A stretch of DNA of 64,000 nt, from positions 744,001-808,000 of the forward strand of contig JBNJNM010000010.1 in the NCBI GenBank assembly GCA_052426225.1, in the 5' to 3' direction. The notes beneath the pieces were generated by a model. It saw only the letters and a program-made list of their open reading frames with translations, did not search any database and was not told where the DNA came from. The stretch is from Zancudomyces culisetae HAW-14-8 (taxonomy: Eukaryota > Fungi > Kickxellomycota). Of the stretch, positions 26,599 to 40,100 are shown piece by piece. Positions within the stretch are counted from its first letter, which is position 1. Every line of letters begins with the position of its first letter. The position numbers and the translations under genes are program-made.

Positions 26599-26942
26599 GA
26601 TCAACCACATCATGCGGTACTATGCGCATTTGTTCATTTTATTCTTGTTTGGTAGCCCTTGGTTTGATTTGCGGAAATAGTTAGTTTTAATATTAGTAAA
26701 ACTTAGAAAATGTATAATACACATAAACCACCCAAAATCCCAGCCCACTGGGCCTGGAAACCATCACCAACTCACCAGCCACCATGTACATGTTGTTTGA
26801 AATATTTTAAAATGATTTAAGCAAGAGTGTACCAGAAAAAGTCAATCTATCAGCTGGTTCTGGGATAACACAGTTAAATATGTGCTAGAAAACACACATT
26901 TAATGATGAAAGAAGGAACAAGTTGTCGAAGCAAGATTCCCG

Positions 26943-28088
26943 TTATTTACCAGCCAGATAGCCAGCTATCAAAATGAACAAGAGCATCAGTATCTTGGAG
27001 CCCACGTAAGCCGCAAATAATATTTTTGCCACTACTGTTTTATTTGGTTTGTACCAAGGTCTGGTGGGTTCGGTTTCATCGTCATTTTGGTTTATTTCAA
27101 CTAGATGGCTCGACTCGGTGTTTTGCAGCTCTATGATTTTTGATACTCTTAGTTAATTATGGGGAGGAAAGTAAATCGGCTATTAACGGTTGTATAAACA
27201 TTACTATTCCTACCTTCGCCGTCTGCACATCCTGGACCAATCCTTATTTCTTGAAACTTGGAATCAATATTATGGATAGACTCTTCGATACACCCAATGT
27301 ATTCTCTTAGCTGCATCGCAAATTGATTTGGCTGCGCAAAATTGTCATCAAGCGAGCCATAGTTTTGTACTGAATCAACATCTTTGTAGAGTGGATGCAT
27401 TTCGCTGTTATTATCGGAGCTTGTGAGTACATTGCATTTGTGTAGCAATGATTCCATATATTTAAGTTCAATCTCCTTTATCTCAGTATAGTTGCCCTTC
27501 AGTTTGAGCAAGGAAGCATAAATTGAATCGATATCACTGCTATTATCTACCTGTATACATGTTTTTATGGTTATTTCAAAAAACCACTTGAAAAGGGGAG
27601 AAGACTTATTGGTTTTCAAAAAAAAAGTCTTTGAATCTTACGTCAATTCTATGAGTGCGTAATTGACCCAAGACAGCAATAAAGTCGTCTGCTAGATTGC
27701 AGAATAGCTCTTCAAAAGGAAATTCCTCAAAGCTAAAACATATAAAAGTGTTGATACTTTCTTGTTTTTATATGTGTTCCAAGGTATGGTTTGTATAAAG
27801 AGGTGATGTTAAAAGTAATAAAAACTGTACTTACTCCGGGAGAGATACTAGGTTGGTGGAAGTATGTGTAGCAAGATTTATCCTTTTCTCGATCTTGCTA
27901 TACTCGTTCTCTGCTTCTGATAATTTGTTCTGCAGACTGCCCATATAATTTTTAAATGTCGCTACAAATAATATTTAGCCTGTTGAAAGTCAAATGAAAA
28001 AATAGTAGAATGTTCAATAAAAAGATTGGGTCGTTGTTGGAAACATATAGTAAACCTACCATCGTCTTTTACAATTCCTAACGACATA
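26943..28088 (-). CDS. Hypothetical multi-exon coiled-coil protein with C-terminal hydrophobic segment (tail-anchored?)
   Basis: Spliceable exons MSLGIVKDD / FKNYMGSLQNKLSEAENEY.. / FEEFPFEELF.. / VDNSSDIDSIY.. / ..KILFAAYVGSKILMLLFILIAGYL; the 3' end is uncertain. Confidence 0.45.
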
Positions 28089-28739
28089 TTTTCTATTATT
28101 ATTAGCTCGTAGCCCTTGTTGTATTATGTATATGCAAAGTTCAGTCAAAAGAACAAGTAGAATTCCTATTAGTGCCTATTTTTGTGGATTTTGCCAAGTC
28201 TGTATGCCCTGTTGCTTTGTCGCACTTTTTGAGGCAATAGGGTTTTATGGGATACTAATTAAAACACGAGCCCAACAAAGTATCTAGCTCTTTCAAATAC
28301 ACCCTTTTTTGTTTTTACGCGGGTCAGAATTATCCGATATTAGTTGATGATAAGGTAGGTATAGCTACATGTCTATATACCAAAATGGTTCGAGTTCTTT
28401 TGCTTTTTATTTGAATACAATATAGAATTATTGAAAGTAGATTATTGACTTTTCCAGCGAGATGCAGCCAATGTTGAGCTCTAACTGCCAAATTCGAGAA
28501 TTTCGTGCCATTTTTGCAAATGTTTTGAAAATGATTGTGATAGTTTATTACCTAAACCCCAGCCCATTGATTTGCTTTTCCTGGACTACTAAAATGTTCA
28601 GCCAATCACTAATAATCCCATTTACGTGTTTGTCATTTTTTTTACCAGTTTTTTTTCCGCAAATTATGATATATCATTGTGGATATATTAAATACAAAAA
28701 ATTCAAAATCTAGGGCATAAAGTACAAAAAGTAACAGCT

Positions 28740-30897
28740 ATGAGTAGATTCATTGGATATTCGATACCAGATGGAAAGTATAACCATTTCACCGAAGAAA
28801 TAAGCGCTCTTTTGCAAGGGAGTATTGATCATATAAAGGATCGACTTTCTATTGAGGACTTGAAGCATGACTTGCTTGATTTGAAAAACGAAGCCAAAAG
28901 AAGACTGGAATCGATTTCTGATGACTACGATATCTTTCTTAAAAACTCTGCAGGTCCTGAGAATAAAAGAATCAAAGTTGATGAGCAAGAAAAGGTATCA
29001 CATAAAGGTAAATTATGGATGCTATTTTTCAGTCTATTTATTTATTTTTATCTGTCAATTGCGTTGATGATTCTGCTGAACTATACTAGATTAGCTTATC
29101 ACTAACATTTGAAATCTTTTTCGATAAAATAGAATCTGTGCTAGGGTATGGCTAAGCAAACCGATAAAATATATTTAAATACTTCAGGTATTAAAAATAC
29201 CAATATTAATATTGATATTTCATACTAATTTTTCTTAGGTTGAGGATAGAAAGGGCCAGGAATGATGATGTAAAGGTACAAAAAAATTTTCTTGAACTAT
29301 TTATAGCTATAAGTACTATATCTAATGGAGGTTTTACCAACTCGAGATGAACATAGAAAAAAAACAAAACAAAACAAAACAAACGTATCGTTTATAATAC
29401 TACATATGAAATAACCGTCAATATTCGTATCGAAACTAAAATAGGGACCTTTAAGCGCGTTTAAGGATTCTCCCAATACAAATGACTACGATTCTCGCCA
29501 ATCTACTCCTGGACCCGGTGCATATACACCAACCCTTCAAACATCTAGACGGAAGGCTATGGCAAAGTATGGTTCAGATATATTGACTAATGCCCCGCTT
29601 TCAACTTTTGGAAGCCGTATTGAAGAGTTTATGATAGCGCGAGATGATTTTTCAAAAGTGAAAATAACCAACCAGGTATCATCAAACGCTTTTTGGACTG
29701 CAATGGACTATTATTTTCGTAATTTGACTGAAGAGGATTTTGACACATTGGCCAAGAGTGTAAGCTATTGTAGTTTTTTTTTATTCATGGTGTTTCGTTT
29801 AACATGTACTGCTTTATGGGGCTAATAATGTCCCCTTTTTTTATAAACTCCTCCAAAAGTAAGTTAAATTTATGTTTGTATTCTATAACTTTTTAATAGA
29901 AGGAGGACTCAAGTCTGTTTAGGATGGCTCCAAAGGAGACTCATTATATACAAAGGTGGGCCAATGAAGAGGCCTCTTGTTTCCCCGAGCTCATGCAGGT
30001 GTCCAAATTGAAAATGATGATCTCAAGGCTTATGAATGATGTTTTAAAGGGTAAATACGATGAATCAAAGCCAGAAAGCCCGGGCCAACTGAGCGATGAA
30101 GGACTGGTATCATCTGCGGTACGTTGCCCACCATTGACTGAGAGGATCTTTGGTGCTCTTGTTGACAACAACCTAGTTAGTTTGAATCGGCGAAACTCAT
30201 TTAAACCTTCGATTGTCGAGAAATCGGAAGCCGATAATACAGTGGCTGAGGTTCCTACCTTTGAAGATAGAATCAAACGGGAGCTATTTTGTATCGGTGT
30301 TTTGGATAAGCCAGATGTTGACTGGAACAACACTGAGGATGATGAGGTTGCCGTTGAAATACGCTCCCTTCAGAACAAACTTCGCTCGCAGATGGCCATC
30401 AATAATATGCGCAAGGAAAGACTTTTGGAGGTAGCTAAACAGTACATGGCCTTTCAAGAATATAGATCAATAGTTGAGGAGTTGGATAAGCAAATTGAAC
30501 AGACCTATGCCAAACGTAATGTATGTACCACCCTATTTATTTATTTATTTATTTATTTATACGTATGTACACACGTTATACATATATAATCTTATTGGTG
30601 TGCAGTCGCTGCTAGTGTGATGCCTTTTATTACCGCTATTTTTTTTATTACTCTTGTTATTAATGCCAGCAAATCCTCAATTAATGTATTTATTTGTATC
30701 TCGTATAGAAATTTTCAAAAGCCCGGAAAAGAAAATCCTCAGCAATAAAAGCACCTCCTGTCTCTATCGGCGCTTCTCCATTTATTGAGCGAAGACGCAA
30801 GTTCATATCAAATATAGGCTGTCTCTTTCCTGACGAGAAGTTTGTTTCGCCTAAACATCCCATCTTTGAAGGCATTCCAGAAAATCCCGACAATTAA
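28740..30897 (+). CDS. NGG1: SAGA/ADA complex subunit Ada3/Ngg1, multi-exon
   Basis: DFSKVKITNQVSSNAFWTAMDYYFR, PPLTERIFGAL, FEDRIKREL, EDDEVAVEIRSLQ..AFQEY..LDKQIEQTYAKR. Confidence 0.88.
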
Positions 30898-31064
30898 GCT
30901 ATGTGGTGTTGTTTGTACGTTTGTTTATTTCTTATTTGTTTATTTTTCAAAAAGCTCTACTTTTCCTTTGAAACTTTAGTGATATCCTTAAACATCTACA
31001 TAAAAAAATTATTGATTAAAAATACTTGGTGCTATTTAACTTAAATAACGCCCCATCATCAAAA

Positions 31065-34000
31065 CTATGCTGCTGGTGCAACAGAGTATATACTGAATAT
31101 TTTGCTGGTGTTTTCGGACAGCGAAAACGCACATTTACTGAAAAATATCAGCCGCAACCTCTCTACTGCAGAGGAATCCCCATTTGCTATGGCCTTTTGG
31201 TACCAATACACCGCCATGTCTTCGTCAACCAGCGTCCCAAGCCCTTTTTCGTAGCAGTATCCAAGCCAATGCATTGCTGGGGAATGGCTATGGTTCTCGG
31301 CTGCCGCCTTAAACCACATGAACGCTTCTTGCTCGTTTTTACTGGTTCCTATTCCCTCAAGAAGGGCTAATCCCAGCTTCTCCATCGCTCTTGCATGACC
31401 CATCCTTGCCGCCAGCCCGTAAAAGTGCACAGCTTTTTTCAGATTTTTTTTTACGCCTACGCCATGAGCCAAGCAGTATCCAACATTGCAAATAGCCCAT
31501 GGGTTTTTCTGGGCAGCAGAAAGTGTGTAGTAGTGAAACGCAAGCCGTGGGTTTTTATCGGTGCCTATTCCCTCTTCAAAGCAGTAACCTAGCGAGTTTT
31601 GAGCCAGTGAGTTTCCTGATTCTGCTGACGCTTTGAATGACCTGAATGCCTGCTCATCGTTTTTTTCCACACCAATCCCATTTCTATAGCAGTAACCGAG
31701 TGATAGTAGTGCCGGTGGATGGTTTTTTTGTGCTGCCATGTTATACCACTTTACCGCCTCTCCTAGATTGATTTCAACACCCGAGCCGTTTTGGTAACAG
31801 TACCCCAGTGAATGGTAAGCATATGTGTTTCCTTGTACCGCTGCCTTATGGTACCACAACACGGCTTCCCTTTCGTTCTTTTCTACACCTATTCCGTTTT
31901 GGTAGCAGTAGCCAAGGTTGTGCTGTGCTCGGGCATGGCCTTGGCCTGCAGCTCGCTTATACCAGTAAATCGCTTCCTTAGCATCAGTCTGTACGCCAAT
32001 ACCATACTGATAACAATACCCTAAATTACATTCTGCCCACGGGTATCCCTGCAAAGCAGAAAGCCTGTACCACTTGGCTGCTTCAGACGGATCCTTATCT
32101 ACACCCAGCCCATCTTCAAAGCAATAGCCCAATGAGTTTTGCGCAAATGCATTGCCTCGTTCTGCAGCTCGTTTGTACCACTTGACCGCGAGGTTTGGAT
32201 TTTTATCTATTCCAATTCCATCCTCATAACAATAGCCCAGATTGTACATTGCCACAGACTCTCCTTGTTTTGCTGCAAGATAATACCATTTTACGGCTTC
32301 TTCTTTGTTTTGATTGACACCAAACCCTTCTCCAAAACAATATCCCAATATCCCTTGTCCACGAGCATTTCCTTGTTTTGCAGATTTGTAGTACAGCTCA
32401 AATGCCTTTTTTTCGTTCACATCAACGCCAATTCCGTCATGGTAACAAAGTCCCAATGCATACTGTGCAGGTGCAAGAAGGTGTATTTCAGCAGCCTTTT
32501 TCAACCATCGAGTTGCTGAGCTGTTTTTATTGCCGCGGACCATATCTGCCCACTTTTCAGCCTCGAGTTTGTCTATTTTTACTCCTGGTCTCCCGTACTT
32601 TCTTAAAAATGCAATTCGAAGCTGAGCCAACGAACACCCAGCATCTGCAGCTGGAAGATACAACAGTTCTGCCTTGATGAAATCACATTTTACTTCTATT
32701 CCAAACTCGTAACAAAATCCAAGCTCTGTTGCCGCCTGCTGAACTACTTTGTATTTCAAGTTTCCCCAAGAAACAAACCTAAAATACGTCAGGCTCTTTT
32801 CAAGGTTTTTCTCTACCTTTTCTGTACCAAAAAAATATGTCTCAGCGGTTTGATATATGCCTTCAAGCTCCTCTTCGAGATAGTATTTATTGACAAATCC
32901 ACATATATCAGTACCGACTGTTTTTGTTAACACTGCCTCCATATTGTTTATGTTGATTATGGTCTGCTCAAAGCCCGAATTTTTAAACAACTCTTGGTGA
33001 ATTCTGCTTTTAAAGTACGCCTTGTTTATAACATAATCATTCGACTCCCTATTTTTTAGCGTACTAAACCCATCACAAAGAATGTGCTTATCAAATGATC
33101 TGTCGATGCTTGCACTCTCGGTTTCAAAATATGCACTGCTTTTTTTTGAGTATCTTGGTGTGCTACTACAACTAAAGCACCTGTCAGTATCATCACGCAC
33201 TAGATGCTTGATACTGTCTCTGGCTGCAATAACCTCCCGCTCTTTGCCCTTATTCACATAAATTGCGCTTCTGGTTTCCATTTTTCCTAAACGTGTTGCC
33301 GTCCGGCTTGAAAAGGCATTGTTCTGGTGTCTTTTTGCGCGATATTGTCCTTCGGAGTTATCATCTTTTAGCAGATAGTAGTTCAAAGAAAATCCATGTG
33401 CTTCATAATCCTCATTATGTGACCCGTTGTTCACGTCTACTTTGCCGGAATCAGCTTCTGAAAAGGACACTTTTTTACTAACTAATCCCACATTTAGAGT
33501 TTTTGCTGATGCAGCTGGGGTTATTTGCTCGTCATTGTTTGAGCTGCCGAAACACACGTTGTCACCTATTCGTCGCTCTATTCGTTTTAACACTCTTCTA
33601 GCTCTATTTTTGGATCCTTCAGTTACTGTGCTTTCGCTTTCATAGTTTTCCAGGCTGCTTTGGTTGCTACTTGAAGTGGACGTCTTTACTAACTCGATCC
33701 TTTTTTCAGGGGATGCTAATATGGGGGTATTACAAGTGGTATCACTGAAAATACCATTTTCATTTTCCATGAAACTGTCATGGCTTTCTATAACTAGTTC
33801 TGAATTTTTTGGCCTTACTATTCTTTTCAGTTCATCCATCTGTGGACCATGTCTTTTTTGTATTCCAAACTCGACACTGTCTCTATCAATATTGCTACCA
33901 TTATCATTATTATTGCTGTCACCACTGCTATTACCATTTCTATTGCCGCTACCATTACCAAACGTACCACACTCCTTACCAACAACACAAATATCCTCGC

Positions 34001-34352
34001 TCTTATTTGCAAGGGCATGCGCACGTTTAGTGTCAAATGTATCAAGCGCAAACTGTATGGAGCTCGATCGAGTGTTGGACCTGAATCTAGTATTACATTT
34101 GTATGTGTTCAGGTTGAATGCACTTTCAGTCTTGAGTATGCCACTAGCTGATTTTGTACACATTATTCGTTTAGTTTTTCTTAAGCTTAGCCCCGAACCA
34201 CAGGTATCAAGCACACTGTCTTTGCTAAATTTATTGTTTAAACGACAAAGCCCGTGTAGATTTCTAGGCTCCGGCCCCGTATTGATGCTTTCATTGTCGT
34301 TATATCTGTTTACAATATATGTATTTTCTGAACTTGAACGGTTTTGTGCCAT
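31065..34352 (-). CDS. Sel1-like repeat protein with long disordered N-terminus
   Basis: 12 consecutive 36-aa repeats of the type A-x-x-x-LGYCY-x-x-G-x-GV..A..WY..AA..G plus about 3 degenerate ones; intronless, 1095 aa. Confidence 0.92.
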   Translation of the reverse strand: MAQNRSSSENTYIVNRYNDNESINTGPEPRNLHGLCRLNNKFSKDSVLDTCGSGLSLRKTKRIMCTKSASGILKTESAFNLNTYKCNTRFRSNTRSSSIQFALDTFDTKRAHALANKSEDICVVGKECGTFGNGSGNRNGNSSGDSNNNDNGSNIDRDSVEFGIQKRHGPQMDELKRIVRPKNSELVIESHDSFMENENGIFSDTTCNTPILASPEKRIELVKTSTSSSNQSSLENYESESTVTEGSKNRARRVLKRIERRIGDNVCFGSSNNDEQITPAASAKTLNVGLVSKKVSFSEADSGKVDVNNGSHNEDYEAHGFSLNYYLLKDDNSEGQYRAKRHQNNAFSSRTATRLGKMETRSAIYVNKGKEREVIAARDSIKHLVRDDTDRCFSCSSTPRYSKKSSAYFETESASIDRSFDKHILCDGFSTLKNRESNDYVINKAYFKSRIHQELFKNSGFEQTIININNMEAVLTKTVGTDICGFVNKYYLEEELEGIYQTAETYFFGTEKVEKNLEKSLTYFRFVSWGNLKYKVVQQAATELGFCYEFGIEVKCDFIKAELLYLPAADAGCSLAQLRIAFLRKYGRPGVKIDKLEAEKWADMVRGNKNSSATRWLKKAAEIHLLAPAQYALGLCYHDGIGVDVNEKKAFELYYKSAKQGNARGQGILGYCFGEGFGVNQNKEEAVKWYYLAAKQGESVAMYNLGYCYEDGIGIDKNPNLAVKWYKRAAERGNAFAQNSLGYCFEDGLGVDKDPSEAAKWYRLSALQGYPWAECNLGYCYQYGIGVQTDAKEAIYWYKRAAGQGHARAQHNLGYCYQNGIGVEKNEREAVLWYHKAAVQGNTYAYHSLGYCYQNGSGVEINLGEAVKWYNMAAQKNHPPALLSLGYCYRNGIGVEKNDEQAFRSFKASAESGNSLAQNSLGYCFEEGIGTDKNPRLAFHYYTLSAAQKNPWAICNVGYCLAHGVGVKKNLKKAVHFYGLAARMGHARAMEKLGLALLEGIGTSKNEQEAFMWFKAAAENHSHSPAMHWLGYCYEKGLGTLVDEDMAVYWYQKAIANGDSSAVERLRLIFFSKCAFSLSENTSKIFSIYSVAPAA

Positions 34353-36526
34353 ATTTGTCTAAAAGCTTACTACCAGTCCTGCACTATCCAACAGTTCAAG
34401 TTAACACAACGTATATATTGAGAAGTAGGGAGTAAAAATATCAAGGAGTCTATATTAGCTTCAGAGATAGACACTACTATCTATAGCCTTTTAAATAAAT
34501 ATAACTAGTGTTGTTGCTGTTGTCGTTATTGTTTGATGTTAAAAAATCAATAACAAGCTAGTTATCAAATATATAGCAAAAGGAGACTAGACCCGGGCGA
34601 TAGCCTATAGCATTAGATTAACCACAACTACCCACTAGTTGTAGAGGAGTTAACGGATATTATATCTGTTTATTTTTTTTGACCTAAACAAGTGACAAAG
34701 GTTTTCTTGTTTAAGGAATGCTCCTTCTGGTTGTGATTTGAGTTGTAGAACTCGTTGTTCTTGTTCTGGTTTTAGCTATTCTTTGGATTTGATTTATTTC
34801 TAAATAATTGTTCGAGCTAGGGTCAGAGAATAATTGCAGTGTAGGTTAAATGTATTGTTAGTATTCGGCAATGTTCCTTGAAATACACCTAATAACCAAG
34901 CAATCAAGGTAATAGAGCAAAAGTATGACGGACTTTTGGAATTGCTTATTGAGTGTACGTATGCGTTATCTCGCCTAATCAGCCCCTCCAAACTATATCC
35001 TTTCTTTGGTTTTTTCTGTGGCAAAGTGCTAAATTGCAGAATAAATGATACGAATAATGGATATGTGATTTATATGAATAAGGTTATACAGACATACTCT
35101 GCCTCAAAATTCTGCCAGTATGATTATTTCTAAACAAATAAACTGTTTTTTTTTTTGCAAAAGTGTGAAACGCTACTAGACAAAGATGAAAGGCTTTTGA
35201 GTAAATGGGTTTAAAAACCTTTTACCGATTGAAAATGATTTGACTAACAATAGACTCTTTGGATGAGTAATCTCTATTAGCTACCTATAGTAAAATATAC
35301 AAACTTGTTGAGCCATAAGGCTGGCTTTATATATAATTAAACATACTTTGCTGCAATTGTCTACGATGAAAAGTTGAATGTAACTATGAAAACGAAACAT
35401 TTAGACGTCTAAACAATCAAAAAGTTGTTTTTTTATTGTACCCTACTTGTGATGTATTGTTGTATTAAGTGTCTATTGCTAGAATAGTTGGTTGTTCCAA
35501 TCCGAATACTCCAAAAAAAAAATTGCGAAAAAGAATAGGGCTGTTTTTGAAAAGGGACAAAACTAAATAATGCTAAAAATAAATATGGTTGCTTTTAGCA
35601 AGTGGCTCAATTTTTCTATTATTCAGGGTAGTGTGGTTTATAAATAGGTCCATTTTTGTGAAAAAAAACACAGACAGGTGATTTAAATTGAATTTGATAT
35701 CAGATTTAACCATATATGGTTTGGAGAGTTTTGAAATATAACAACCTTTCCAGCGCTTTATCAATTCGAACTTTAGTGGGGTAGAGAGAAAAAATGGAGG
35801 TGAAAAAAGCAAGAAAGCGAGAAAGTGGGAAAGTAGGAAAGTAGGGGGGTAAAGGATGTAATATTATAAACGTGCACAAGTCTATATAGTTTGTGTGTAT
35901 ATACATTATTTTTTGTGGCAGTTAGAGCTAACGTCACACCGCGTTTCTAGCTCAAAAGATTGGGTAAAATAATTTAAAGGGCTAATTAATAACTACATAT
36001 AGATCCTATTTATGGATAAAACGCATTATACCATATTTCTATTTGCCCTGGCGCTTTTGAAGAAGCTTATCAACTTACAAAATTAAAAAAAAGTGTGCTA
36101 GATGCTAAAATAGCAGTTATTGCCAAGTCGCTATTTTATTTTATAAAAAAAAGTACTTTTATAACGTACTAGTATGAAGGCTAAAAGACAATGAAGACTA
36201 GCGTTAGCGAATACTGAGTAGACCTAGAGTGTTTATACTAGTACGGTTGTGGTATAATTGCTTATTTTTTCTATTTGCATAAATGAAAACCGGTTTATGG
36301 TCAGAGCTTTAATGCGGATATTCATTCATTTAAAAAGCAGATTGCGTAATACTAAATGCTTGTACAATAAAAAATAGAGGCCTATGGTCTTATAAAGTTG
36401 ATGATAATCACAATAACACTTCTTTAAACAACCAAAAGTAGAGTGTTAAAATATTGGTTGATTCACGCCATAAATGAAATTTTATAAATAAATAACGAGC
36501 ATACAAGAATCAAATATTTCCATTAA

Positions 36527-36552
36527 ACACACACACACACACACACACACAC
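36527..36552. repeat. (AC)n microsatellite
   Basis: About 13 AC units. Confidence 0.9.
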
Positions 36553-37127
36553 CCGAGTATATACATGGCAGATATATACAAGTATAGGGCATTTATATGG
36601 AGTACTAGTTCAAAGGTTAAGGCGGCTTCTTGTCTATAAAGCCTGTTTTAACCGATTATAGTCCTTGTTTTATCCTGACGCCTAACTAGAAGTAGAAAAA
36701 ATATTTTATTACCAGCACCAGAATGCTAGAAAGTAGTTGATGGTTTTTTACACTAGTGTGTTGATGATTATAGAATCGGCGAAATTGTTATGGATACTTT
36801 GATAATATCACAGTTAAAGCCTAAAACATCATCACTGTCTCTCACAAATGTGTGGTGCCATTTACTAAAGCAGTAAATAACTAAAAGAAAACAACCATGG
36901 CGAATTAGATATCGGTTAATCAGAAATTTTGCATTAAATAAACAAAAGTTTTGGGCAATTAAGATAAAACTTGCAAAAAAAAACGGGAAAAAAACGGCAA
37001 TCAATTAGAATCAACAATAAATAAAATACATATGGCTAATAAAATACGATATTCTAGCTATTTCTGTATATAACATTAAGCAAAGAATAACTCAAGATAC
37101 AAAAGAGAATAAAGAAAAAGGATTAAA

Positions 37128-40100
37128 ATGGTAAATGAGACAGACGGACGGGGGGAAGAACCGATGGATGTGGATGAATATCCAGGAAACAGAAAAAGGG
37201 GATTGGAAGATATGGGTGAAGTCATGGACAGGGAAGAAAGCCAAGAGTCGGAAATGAGCAATAAAGATGTTCGAAATGTTGAAGAAGTTGAAGTTGAAAA
37301 TACAAGTTCGGAAGAGCCAGGAAGTAGGCTGATAATAACAAAAATGGTCCTCGAAAACTTCAAGTCGTATGCGGGCAGAATAGTGATTGGGCCATTTCAT
37401 GAATCGTTTTCAGCAATAGTAGGCCCAAATGGATCTGGAAAATCTAATGTAATTGATGCAATGCTGTTTGTATTTGGGTATAGGGCTAGTAAAATAAGAC
37501 AGGGAAAATTAAAAGATTTGATTCATTCGTCAAGCGACAATGAAAGATGCAGTCAATGCACTGTAGAAGTACACTTTGAAGAAAAGATTGACAAAAAGGA
37601 TGGAAAGGGGTCTAGAAAACTTGAGGGTAGCGAGTTGGTTATCTCAAGGGCGGCGTACTATAACGGGAGTAGTAAGTATTTTATAAATGGAACAGCATCC
37701 AATTTCACCGAGGTGACGGCCCTGTTGAGGGAAAAAGGAGTGGATCTGGACCATAAAAGATTTTTGATTTTACAGGGCGAGGTTGAATCCATAGCATTAA
37801 TGAAACCAAAGGCTACAAAGGAAGGCGAAGAGGGTTTGCTCGAATATTTGGAGGATATTATTGGAACAGCACATTATAAAGAAAAAATAGAAGCAACTCA
37901 TAAAATAGTAGATGAAATGAACGAGACAAGGACAGAAAAGATTAGAAGAGTTAAAATAGTGGAGAGGGAACTGGAGGGGATGGAGGGGAAAAAGAAGGAG
38001 GCTCTGCAGTATATAATGTTAGAAAACGAGGCAACGATGAAAAAGAATGAGTTGTTTCAATATAATTTGTATGAAAACAACAAAAAAATGGATAAATTGA
38101 TAGCTAAACGCAAAGAGGTGCTAAATAAGCTAGAAAAAGAAAACGCGGAAACGGCGCAACTGAAGGTAGAGATAGATGAAAGCCAAAAGGAATATAAGAA
38201 GTTGGTCAATGAGCAAAACAAATTGGAAGGTAGTGTTTCTGAGCTGGAAAAGGAGCATAAGCGAGTAGAAAAGGAGGAAGTGAAGCTTGCTGAGACGCAA
38301 AAGCATCTGAATAGTAGACTTAAAAAGACTGAAAAAAAGGAAGATGAACTAAGAACACAGGTAAGAACAGCACAGGAGACAATAAGACATGTAGAGGTTG
38401 ACGTGGAAAAAAGGAATAAAGAGATGGAGCGATTAGAAGGAGAACTTGAACAGGAGCGAAAGGAGCTGGAGAAAATCACTGGACAACTGAAAGGGAAAAC
38501 GCAAGAGTACACGGAAAAGGTTCAGCAAAAGCAAAAGGTACTTGAACCATGGCGAGAAAAGTTGAACCAAGAGCAATCGCAATTGGAGGTGATCCAGACT
38601 GAAATAAGACTGATAGAGGACAAAAAGATATCTAAGGAAAAGGTAGTGAATGCGGAGGAGGAGGTAATGGAAAAGAGAAAGCTTAGAGCAATAAAAGACA
38701 AGGAAATGAATGAGAAGGTTGAAGAGTTTGGGGAGTTAGAGGAGGAGATAGATGCGGGAAAAAGGCAGGTAGAGGAGCTGGACTGGCAGGTAGAAGATTT
38801 GGAGAAAAAGCTGAAGGTAGCACGAGCATCGGAGGAGGAGGCAAAATCAGCATTGGTGTCAGAACAAGCTCAGGGGGTCGTGTTGAAGGCACTTTTGAAG
38901 GAGAGAGATTTGGGGAGGATCAAGGGGATATATGGAAGGCTAGGATCATTGGGAACGATAGAGGACAAGTATGATGTGGCAATTTCGACAGCGTGTCCAA
39001 GTTTGGAACATATAGTTGTGCAAACGGTCGAAGCGGGAGAAAAGTGCGTAGAATTTTTGAGGAGCAATAATCTTGGACGGGCGAGTTTTTATATACTTGA
39101 TGTATTGCCTAGGCCGGATATGAGGCGATTGGACGAATATCGAAAAAATGGGGAGGGGGCACCACTATTGTTGGACTTGGTGAAACCACAGCACGAGCGA
39201 TATATTCCAGCGTTTTATCGCGCACTGGGAGGTACCTTGGCGGCAGATGATTTGAACCAAGCACGAAAAATAGCCTATGGCAAGGAAAGAAGACGAGTGG
39301 TGACGCTGGATGGAAAACTGATAGATTCATCGGGAACAATGACAGGAGGAGGTAATAAGATTAATAGAGGCGCAATGAGCTCGGTTCCGCAAAAGGCATA
39401 CGTTTCGCCGCAACGTATGAAGGATCTGACGAGTGAAAGAGCTACTGTAGAAAGCGAGTACAAATTGAATGTAGAAAAAAAGCACAAAAAACAAAAAGAA
39501 CTTGAAAGGCAACAGAAAAGGTACTTGGAGTTGGAAACATTGCTACCAAAGCTGGAAATTGAGCTTCGAGCAGCTGACGAGAACGTAAAGACGGCCAAGA
39601 AAACTCTAAATGAGCTGAAAAGACCCGAAGCTAACCAACTGAGCAAAGAAGATACGGCAAAAGTGGATAGTCTGAGACAACAAGAAGAGCAACAGCACCG
39701 AAATATCGAGAAGCTCAGGGAGCAATGCAAGAATATAGAGCAAGAGATTAGAGAGCTGAATACTAAAATCATGCAGGCGGGAGGAGTGGCTCTAAGAACT
39801 CAAACGGTCAAAGTTGATGGAATTAAAGAAAAGATAGCACTGATTAATGAGGAGATAACAAGTGGCGATGTCAAAAAGACAAAAGCGGGGCTGGAGTTGG
39901 CTAGAGGTAGCAAGGAGCTTGGTAGATGCAAAGATGAAAAGGAACGGGTGCATGAGGAGCTCGAACAAGTCAATGCAAGTATCGGCAATAAGAGACAGTT
40001 GCAAGCCAAGTTATCAGAAGAGCTGAAGGATACTCGAATCCAAGCGGAAGAAATCAAAGACCAAGTTGAAGCATTCAAGAGTGAGCTGGATGTAAATATC

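Noticed and set aside
31300-32500. 108-bp periodicity as a CRISPR-like or DNA-level array
   Set aside because: It is the coding periodicity of 36-aa Sel1 repeats; there is no identical repeat-spacer structure.
33664-34362. Long antisense ORFs (also 63066-63767, 46460-47110, 50115-50750, 19615-20157)
   Set aside because: Shadows of real genes or low-complexity strands, with no recognisable motifs.
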